A DNA stretch of 20,000 nt from an uncultured virus (IMG/VR IMGVR_UViG_3300001765_000054) (Duplodnaviria; Heunggongvirae; Uroviricota; Caudoviricetes). The DNA is taken from positions 45,902-65,901 of IMG/VR virus record IMGVR_UViG_3300001765_000054. One strand, written 5' to 3'. A program made the position numbers and the translations under genes. Each line of letters starts with the position of its first letter. Positions within the stretch are counted from its first letter, which is position 1. Under the pieces are notes generated by a model. It did not search any database, was not told the origin of the DNA, and worked only from the letters and a program-made list of their open reading frames with translations. Positions 13,913 through 20,000 of the stretch are shown here, in pieces.

Positions 13913-16120
13913 ATGCCCATAGATTCAGAGCTCAGCTTCAAAACATGGTCCCGTTACGCGAGGGTCCGTGATGACGGTCACAGCAAGTACGTCCTCAAGG
14001 CTGACAAGTGCGAGCGCTTCTTCAGCGGCGACCAGTGGGACCCAGCAGATCGCGCTGTGCTCGAAGCCACCCGCCGACCGGTGTTGACGATCAACAAGAT
14101 ACTCAGCACTCTGTCCAACGTGATGGGCGAGCAGATCAACAACCGGGCAGAGATCAGCTTCAGGCCGAAGTCCGGCGCACCTGCCGAGACTGCTGACATC
14201 CTCAACAAGGTGTTCCGCCAGATCAGCGACAACAATCAGCTCCCCTGGAAGCGCAGCGATATGTTTGCTGACGGCATCATCAGTTCGCGTGGCTATCTTG
14301 ACATCCGCCTCGACATGAGCGACAGCTCGCAGGGCGAGGTGCGCATCGAGAACGTCAACAGGAAGAACGTGCTGATCGACCCCGACGCCGACGAGTACGA
14401 CCCAGACAAGTGGTCAGAGGTGTTCGTGACGAAGTGGGTCACCGCAGATGATATTGCTGTGCTGTACGGCAAGGCCGACGCGGAGCTGCTGAGGAACCGT
14501 GACAACGGCAGCTTCCCCTACGGTTACGACAGCGTCCAGATGAACCGCGACCGGTTCGGGGAATCCCGCACCGCTCAGTACAACACTGGGTTTGACCAGA
14601 CGAATGTGATCAGGAACATCCGGGTGCTGGACCGTCAGTTCCGGGAGCTCGACAAGCAGAAGTTTTTCCTTGATCCACGTACCGGCGACCAGCGCGCCGT
14701 GCCCGAAGATTTCGACCGGGACAAGATCGCATACTTCACTGAGAACTACGGGTTCCAGGTCATCAGCAAGCTGGTGCGCAGGATCAAGTGGGTGGTGGTC
14801 GCCGACAACGTCGTGCTCCACAACGACTGGTCTCCTTACAAGCACTTCACGATCGTGCCGTACTTTCCGTACTTCAGGTACGGTCACACCATGGGGCTGG
14901 TCGAGAACCTGCTCGGCCCCCAGGAGCTGCTCAACAAGGTCACCAGCCAGGAGCTGCACGTGGTCAACACCACGGCGAACTCAGGCTACATCGTCAAGAA
15001 CGGTTCCCTGAGCAACATGACTCCGGAGGAGCTCGAAGAGAAGGGCGCCCAGACCGGGCTCGTCATCGAGGTAAATGACAATGTCGCCGACGCCATTACG
15101 AAGATCAGCCCAAATCAAGTCCCACAGGGCCTGGACCGCATCAGCTACAAAGCTGAAGAAAGTATCAAGACTATCTCCGGCGTATCGGATTCGATGCAAG
15201 GAATGGACCGCGCCGATGTGGCTGCTAAGGCTATACAAGCCAAGCGCCAGGCAGGCAGCACGAATCTCGTTAAGCCGCTCGACAACCTGACCCGTACCGA
15301 CTACATCATCGCCCGCAACGTGCTCGACCTCGTCCAGGAGTTCTACACTGAAGAGAGGCTGATGACGATCACCCACGACCACGCCACCGGTGAGGCTGAG
15401 ACGTTCGCAGTCAACCAGCCGAACCCTGAGCAGGAGACCGGCGAGGAGCCACCAGAATCCCCGTACCAGGAGATCATCAACGATCTGACCCTGGGCGAGT
15501 ACGACGTGGTGGTCACATCTGTGCCGCAGCGCGAGACCCTTGAGGACAGCCAGTTTGAACAGATCATGGCCATGAAGGAGGCGGGCATCCAGATACCAGA
15601 CTCCGTGGTTATCGACGCCTCCAGACTCATGAACAAAAAGGACATCATCAAGCAGATGCAGGGTGACCAGACCAGCCCCGAGGCCCAGGCCCAGAAGGAG
15701 CTCCAGCAGCGCGCCCAGAACGCAGAGGTCAGCAAGCTCGAAGGCGAGGCAGCCTCGAAGCACGCAGACGCCGGGCTCAAGCAGGCGAAGACCCAAGAGA
15801 CCCTGAACCCCGAGACCGGCGACGGTAGCGCCCAGGCGAAGATGGCAGAGGTTCAGGTGAAGGCCCAGACCGCTGAGCACAAGATGGGGCTCGATGAGCG
15901 CCTGGCCCAGCAGAAGATGTCCCTGGCCGAGCGCGAGCACCAGCTCGAACGTGAGAAGCTCGATGCTGAGCTTCAGATCAAACAGCAGGACATGGCGCAG
16001 AAGCGCATGGACGCCCGCGTCCAGGCAGCGCAACAGGCCGCACAGGCCGCAGCAAAACCCCCGAGCAACGACAAATCACAGGTCGCGAATCGTTCGCGGC
16101 TCCCAACATCGAAGCTCTAA
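13913..16120 (+). CDS. portal protein, P22-like
   Basis: 'F..GDQW', 'RPVLTINKI', 'DPDA.EYD', 'PQELLNK', 'ISGVSD.MQG', 'GEYDVVV' and a long Q/A/E-rich helical C-terminal tail; position after terL. Confidence 0.92.
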   Translation: MPIDSELSFKTWSRYARVRDDGHSKYVLKADKCERFFSGDQWDPADRAVLEATRRPVLTINKILSTLSNVMGEQINNRAEISFRPKSGAPAETADILNKVFRQISDNNQLPWKRSDMFADGIISSRGYLDIRLDMSDSSQGEVRIENVNRKNVLIDPDADEYDPDKWSEVFVTKWVTADDIAVLYGKADAELLRNRDNGSFPYGYDSVQMNRDRFGESRTAQYNTGFDQTNVIRNIRVLDRQFRELDKQKFFLDPRTGDQRAVPEDFDRDKIAYFTENYGFQVISKLVRRIKWVVVADNVVLHNDWSPYKHFTIVPYFPYFRYGHTMGLVENLLGPQELLNKVTSQELHVVNTTANSGYIVKNGSLSNMTPEELEEKGAQTGLVIEVNDNVADAITKISPNQVPQGLDRISYKAEESIKTISGVSDSMQGMDRADVAAKAIQAKRQAGSTNLVKPLDNLTRTDYIIARNVLDLVQEFYTEERLMTITHDHATGEAETFAVNQPNPEQETGEEPPESPYQEIINDLTLGEYDVVVTSVPQRETLEDSQFEQIMAMKEAGIQIPDSVVIDASRLMNKKDIIKQMQGDQTSPEAQAQKELQQRAQNAEVSKLEGEAASKHADAGLKQAKTQETLNPETGDGSAQAKMAEVQVKAQTAEHKMGLDERLAQQKMSLAEREHQLEREKLDAELQIKQQDMAQKRMDARVQAAQQAAQAAAKPPSNDKSQVANRSRLPTSKL

Positions 16121-16126
16121 TTTAGA
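16116..16126. promoter_or_regulatory. TCTAA-N-TTAGA palindrome 9 nt before the scaffold ATG
   Basis: TCTAATTTAGA, including the portal stop codon. Confidence 0.55.
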
Positions 16127-16135
16127 AAGCACTAC

Positions 16136-17101
16136 ATGAACCTCAAACACTTCCGCCTCTACGCCCCCGAGCCCGACACTGCAGGCTCTGGCCCTACCCC
16201 AGAAGAACGGGGTGACCTGCTCGAAGACGACGCCCTTGCCCAGGCAGCGCAAACAGGCATGGACTCCTTAGTGTCGACGAACATCAAAGACGACCCTGCC
16301 GTCAAAGCGCTCGAAGACGATCTAACATCTAAAGAAGATTCTCCAAAGAAGGACAGCCGCATCCCGCTGGCCCGGCACAAAGAAATTCTGGAGAAAGAGC
16401 GTGAGCAGCGTGCCAGCCTCGAACGCCAGCTCGCCCAGTACCAGAAGGGCAACGAGCTGGCTGACATGAACGCCGAGCTCACCGCTGCCGAGAACAACAT
16501 CATGAAGCTGGAGAAGGAGTACGCCTCCCTCCTGACCGATGGCGAGATCGACAAGGCCACCGCGCTGATGGCGCAGATCAGGAAGACCGAGCGCGAGATG
16601 GCTGAAGCGAAGAGCGACATGAAGATTCATGCTGCCGAAGTCCGGGCCACTGAGCGCGCACGCTACAACACCGCCATCGAGCGCGTCGAGGCAGCATTCC
16701 CCGAACTCAACCCCGACAGCGACGAGTACAACGAGACGTCTGCAGCCGAGGTGCTCGACCTGCTCGAAGCATACAAGAGCCGGGGCATGACCCCCACCGC
16801 TGCGCTCCAGAAGGCGGTCAAGATGATCGTCGAGCCCCGCACTGCACGTCAAGAGAACGCCGTCACCGCTACCCCACGCGTGAGCGACAAAGACGTGGCT
16901 GCCGAGCGCAAGCAGGACGCCATCGCGAAGACGCTGAAGGCTACGTCGAAAACCCCAGCCTCTCTAGGGCGTGCTGGCGTCAACAGTGACCGGCTTGGCG
17001 GCGGAGAGCTCGACGCTCGCGCCGTCATGAACATGAGTCAGAAAGAATTCGCAGCCCTGAGCGACGCTCAGATCAAGAAGATGCGCGGCGACGAGCTGTA
17101 A
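16136..17101 (+). CDS. putative head scaffolding protein
   Basis: Follows the portal; acidic N-terminus, 'IPLARH.E' and coiled coil, C-terminal 'MSQKEFAALSD..IKKMRGD' helix pair typical of scaffolds. Confidence 0.7.
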   Translation: MNLKHFRLYAPEPDTAGSGPTPEERGDLLEDDALAQAAQTGMDSLVSTNIKDDPAVKALEDDLTSKEDSPKKDSRIPLARHKEILEKEREQRASLERQLAQYQKGNELADMNAELTAAENNIMKLEKEYASLLTDGEIDKATALMAQIRKTEREMAEAKSDMKIHAAEVRATERARYNTAIERVEAAFPELNPDSDEYNETSAAEVLDLLEAYKSRGMTPTAALQKAVKMIVEPRTARQENAVTATPRVSDKDVAAERKQDAIAKTLKATSKTPASLGRAGVNSDRLGGGELDARAVMNMSQKEFAALSDAQIKKMRGDEL

Positions 17102-17157
17102 CCTCACACCTACCAGCGGTCAACTGCCCGGCGTAACTGAAAACTGAAAGACACCCA

Positions 17158-17613
17158 ATGACCGATACCCCCCTGCGCCGCTACGTTGACACCCCTGAAG
17201 GTCTAAGACGTGCCACCGACAAACTGTTGCCCCACCCACACGATGCTACTGAAGCGTGTCCCGGTGGCTGTGAGGATATTCTGGTTATGGAAGACGCAGT
17301 ATGCAAATCCCGTGCTGAAGTCAAAGCACTGGATGACAGTGTTAAAAAAAGCCAAGAAAAAGTAGAGTACAACATCGAGCATCAGATCGACGCTAACTTT
17401 GTCCGCCTTGGTCGTGTTGAGGAACTACTTGCTATTAACAGCGCAAAGATCGACACCAACAGCCGTGAAACCAGCGAGATTCTTTCGCTGATGCGCGAGG
17501 GTGAGGCATTCTTCAAATTCAGCAAAAAAATTGGTGACGTGCTCAAGTGGACGCTGGGTCTTGCCTCAGCCGTTGCAGTATTTTGGGCATCAGTGAAAGG
17601 ATGGAAACTATGA
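17158..17613 (+). CDS. coiled-coil protein with C-terminal membrane anchor (lysis-cassette associated)
   Basis: Hydrophobic C-terminus 'VLKWTLGLASAVAVFWASV'; ATGA overlap with the next gene. Confidence 0.65.
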   Translation: MTDTPLRRYVDTPEGLRRATDKLLPHPHDATEACPGGCEDILVMEDAVCKSRAEVKALDDSVKKSQEKVEYNIEHQIDANFVRLGRVEELLAINSAKIDTNSRETSEILSLMREGEAFFKFSKKIGDVLKWTLGLASAVAVFWASVKGWKL

Positions 17614-17816
17614 CCTTGATCGACAACGCAGGCCAAATCCTGCGTAAAGCATGGAGCGTCAAGATGGCTTTGCTTACTACGCTTTTTGCAACGCTTGAAG
17701 TGTTGCTGCCAGCGCTCAATACCGCTATCCCTCCGGGTACTATGGCCGGGCTTGCGGCATTTACAAGTGTTGGTACAGCCGTGGTTCGTGTGCTCAAACA
17801 AAATGGGATTGAGTGA
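17610..17816 (+). CDS. putative holin (68 aa, two hydrophobic segments)
   Basis: Start reassigned to ATG 17610: MTLIDNAGQILRKAWSVKMALL...AVVRVLKQ, a pattern common in small holin-like genes next to lysozymes. Confidence 0.65.
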   Translation: MTLIDNAGQILRKAWSVKMALLTTLFATLEVLLPALNTAIPPGTMAGLAAFTSVGTAVVRVLKQNGIE

Positions 17817-17819
17817 AAA

Positions 17820-17906
17820 ATGAGCGGGATAGAAGCACTAATTCTTTTCTGCGTTTGTTTGATGGCTATTGCTATTTGGCTTTGGGTGTGGAATTCTCAT
17901 GAATAA
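17820..17906 (+). CDS. 28-aa single-TM microprotein
   Basis: Not in the ORF track. Hand translation MSGIEALILFCVCLMAIAIWLWVWNSHE*; fills the holin-endolysin gap exactly. Confidence 0.5.
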   Translation: MSGIEALILFCVCLMAIAIWLWVWNSHE

Positions 17907-18405
17907 CAAACAACGTATCGCAGTCACAGCACTGGTTTTGAGTGCAGGCGCATTTGTCAAGCTGTTGGTAAGCGAAGGCTACACAGATCACGCTGTTATC
18001 CCAACTAAAGGCGACAGGCCAACAATTGATTTTGGTATGACGCAACGCCCCGATGGTTCACCCGTTCGTTTGGGAGATACCTCAAATCCAGTGCAGGGGT
18101 TGCAGCGCAGCCTGGCATATCTCGATAAGCAAGATGCGCAAATCAAGCAATGCGTGAAAGCGCCACTGTACCAGGCTGAATTCGATGTTATGCATGATTT
18201 TTCGTATCAATATGGCGTTGGGACATTGTGCAAGTCCAGCATCGTGGCCAAGGCCAACAAGGGCGACTACGCAGGCTCTTGCCGGGCTTACCTGGCCTAT
18301 AAATTTGCTGCTGGGTACGACTGCAGCACGCCAGGAAACAAACGCTGCTATGGCGTTTGGACAAGGCAGCAAGAGCGATTTAAGAAGTGCATGGAGGCTC
18401 AATAA
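17899..18405 (+). CDS. endolysin, GH24 lysozyme with N-terminal SAR-like segment
   Basis: ATG 17899: MNNKQR + 'IAVTALVLSAGAFV', then 'EGYT..AVIP..GD.PTI.FG.T', 'LYQAEFD...DFSYQYG', 'C.GVWTRQQER..KC'. Confidence 0.9.
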   Translation: MNNKQRIAVTALVLSAGAFVKLLVSEGYTDHAVIPTKGDRPTIDFGMTQRPDGSPVRLGDTSNPVQGLQRSLAYLDKQDAQIKQCVKAPLYQAEFDVMHDFSYQYGVGTLCKSSIVAKANKGDYAGSCRAYLAYKFAAGYDCSTPGNKRCYGVWTRQQERFKKCMEAQ

Positions 18406-18611
18406 TGACTAAGGAACTACAACCCCACCAACAGCGCGTTGTCGATGAGTACAACGAACTGTCTGACAAGACACAAAAACTTGGTCTGTTCTTTGGGTCA
18501 AAAATCTTTGCATCCCTGGACGAAGCGGAACAGTCCAGGCTCAATAGGCAGTGGCAAGTAATGCAGCAGTACGGTTTGATTCTCAGCGAGCGCATTGCGG
18601 AATTCAAATGA
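18405..18611 (+). CDS. small helical phage protein (68 aa), crAss001_48-like
   Basis: ATG 18405 with GGAGG SD: 'PHQQRVVDEYNEL....KL..F....F..L...EQ..L..Q...M..Y..IL.ERIA.F'. Confidence 0.75.
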   Translation: MTKELQPHQQRVVDEYNELSDKTQKLGLFFGSKIFASLDEAEQSRLNRQWQVMQQYGLILSERIAEFK

Positions 18612-18826
18612 GCTACGAAAGCCCACTGAGGCGGCACCGGGATATGCAAAAGACATTGCTGATTGTCGCTAATGCTGACAGTTTTGCTGCATTAAAGCAG
18701 CCGCCAATCGCGCCAAAGCCGCTGAATCTCGCTGCACTGCCCGAGGAATTACTGAGGCCCGCACAGCCCGACCCGGACTACATGGACAGGCCGCGTAACC
18801 CGAATTGGAGAGGCACGCATGACTGA
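18608..18826 (+). CDS. hypothetical Pro-rich protein (72 aa)
   Basis: ATG 18608 overlaps the previous stop (ATGA). Confidence 0.55.
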   Translation: MSYESPLRRHRDMQKTLLIVANADSFAALKQPPIAPKPLNLAALPEELLRPAQPDPDYMDRPRNPNWRGTHD

Positions 18827-18980
18827 GGAACGCATGTCTAAATCATGGTCAAAACTAGCGTGTCGTCGGGTACTTGCAAGAGCACGGGCTATGCGAATGC
18901 GTCTGCCTCGAAAAGTACCACAGACTGCAATAAATCGCGCAATAGGCAACTTATGGAGAAAACTGGAGAGGGACGCATGA
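18819..18980 (+). CDS. highly cationic 53-aa peptide
   Basis: Not in the ORF track. GGAGAGG SD; MTEERMSKSWSKLACRRVLARARAMRMRLPRKVPQTAINRAIGNLWRKLERDA*; ATGA coupling to the next ORF. Confidence 0.6.
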   Translation: MTEERMSKSWSKLACRRVLARARAMRMRLPRKVPQTAINRAIGNLWRKLERDA

Positions 18981-19069
18981 CTGACACCATCACACCTGAA
19001 GCCAAGCAAGCTATAGAGGTCTGTATAAGCATCATCCTAAAAGAGCACGACCTGNNNNNGGCACGATGA
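18977..19069 (+). CDS. small ORF interrupted by an assembly gap (N at 19055-19059)
   Basis: GGAGAGG SD; MTDTITPEAKQAIEVCISIILKEHDL..; true end unknown. Confidence 0.4.
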   Translation: MTDTITPEAKQAIEVCISIILKEHDLXXAR

Positions 19070-19133
19070 TTACCAACTTGGTTTGTATGAAGCATATCGA
19101 GAGATCAAAGAGCATTTTGGGATTGACTAAACC

Positions 19134-19400
19134 ATGACTGACAGCAAGATCACACCAGAAGCAAAAGCAAGATGCGCTGCCCATTCGCTTCAAGAGCAGC
19201 TTGAGCAATACCGCGCTATGCAATCCGTTGAGCTTGCTATTGCCCGTAAGCGGTTCAAATCACATGACCAGGATGACGTGATGACTGCGTTCAAGGGTGA
19301 TCGTAATGCACCCACCCCATTCTTTACCCCAGATGAGATTCGTCGGGCGGAAGAAAAGGGAAAAGAATTGAGCGATTTTTTCGCGCAGCACTGTAGCTAG
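19134..19400 (+). CDS. hypothetical protein (88 aa)
   Basis: N-terminus MTDSKITPEAK resembles that of the 18977 ORF. Confidence 0.6.
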   Translation: MTDSKITPEAKARCAAHSLQEQLEQYRAMQSVELAIARKRFKSHDQDDVMTAFKGDRNAPTPFFTPDEIRRAEEKGKELSDFFAQHCS

Positions 19401-19582
19401 CAAGCAATCCGAAAGGATAGGAACAATGAATAACAGAGAACAACTTTTCAAAAAGCTCAAACTTGATTCTCAAAGAGTCGCAACAGCGCAGACTAAAGCG
19501 GCAATTTGCTGTGTTGTTACTCGCAACAATCGCAATTGTGCTGATTACTTGGTTTTAATTTTAATCTTATAGGAGTTACCCC

Positions 19583-19981
19583 ATGACCCGTTACGCACAT
19601 GCCGACGTACTTGACCAAGGCCCGAAGTACATCGAAGACAACTGCGACAAAGTTGTTCTCACAGACGTTTACAGCAATGTTTATGCAACTGTTACAGGTT
19701 CTGCAAAAGTTGCAGAAGCCAGCCTCGTTAGCGGAGATTTTTCCCGCGCTGGTGCTGATGGTGCAGCTCGCGTGCTGACCGCAGCTATCAGTGGCAAGTC
19801 TGGCGGCAATGCTGTAAAAGCTGTTGCTGATGGCACGAACATGCACATCGCTTTTCTTCAGACTGGTGCATTAAAAGTGCTTTATGTCACCGAGGAATCG
19901 AGTAATCAGGCGATTACTAGCGGTAATCCGGTGACGTTTAACAGCACAGCGACTTACACCGCTGGGCAACCGACTGCTTAA
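19583..19981 (+). CDS. putative virion structural protein (132 aa)
   Basis: AGGAG SD; small-residue/beta-rich composition ('SGDF..A', 'KVLYVT', 'ITSGNPVTF') like head/tail accessory proteins; next ATG at 19984. Confidence 0.6.
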   Translation: MTRYAHADVLDQGPKYIEDNCDKVVLTDVYSNVYATVTGSAKVAEASLVSGDFSRAGADGAARVLTAAISGKSGGNAVKAVADGTNMHIAFLQTGALKVLYVTEESSNQAITSGNPVTFNSTATYTAGQPTA

Positions 19982-20000
19982 TCATGCTGTACGACGAAAT

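Noticed and set aside
14981..16033. 350-aa - strand ORF and similar antisense ORFs (11413-12093, 14414-14959, 16322-16852, 2999-3454, 5342-5803)
   Set aside because: Shadow frames of well-supported genes with biased codon usage; no SD or recognisable motifs.
19426..19572. 48-aa ORF MNNREQLFKK...LVLILIL
   Set aside because: Short, no recognisable motif, and its 3' half runs through an imperfect hairpin and T-rich tract that may be regulatory; not enough support.
1..20000. tRNA, rRNA, integrase/att sites, reverse transcriptase or DGR
   Set aside because: No cloverleaf, rRNA-like sequence, recombinase or RT motifs, or long near-identical repeat pair seen by eye.

Overview
This window is a segment of a tailed dsDNA phage genome, with no integrase or host genes visible. 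The P22-type portal suggests a podovirus-like phage, and the SAR-type lysozyme suggests a Gram-negative host. Two arms diverge from a non-coding junction at ~11150-11376. The leftward (- strand) arm starts with small, partly membrane-protein 'early' genes separated by repeated structured intergenic elements, then a 383-aa unknown gene and an intrinsic terminator. It continues with an origin-like AT-rich tract, an AEP primase/SF3-like helicase, small ORFs, a MoxR-type AAA+ ATPase, a free-standing HNH endonuclease, a DUF3150-like gene and the start of a DUF2201/VWA-type gene. The rightward (+ strand) arm holds terS, terL, a ferritin/Dps-like gene, portal and putative scaffold, then a lysis cassette and small accessory ORFs where the major capsid gene would normally be expected. 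The most striking unexplained signals are non-coding: (i) three covarying 10-bp hairpins with an invariant CGG-TACT-CCG top and adjacent GACTGA in front of successive early genes; (ii) two further two-copy structured motifs in the same region; (iii) a palindrome TCTAA-N-TTAGA placed at gene starts, exactly 9 nt before the ATG of both terS and the scaffold gene. Family assignments are from motif recognition by eye, not database searches.
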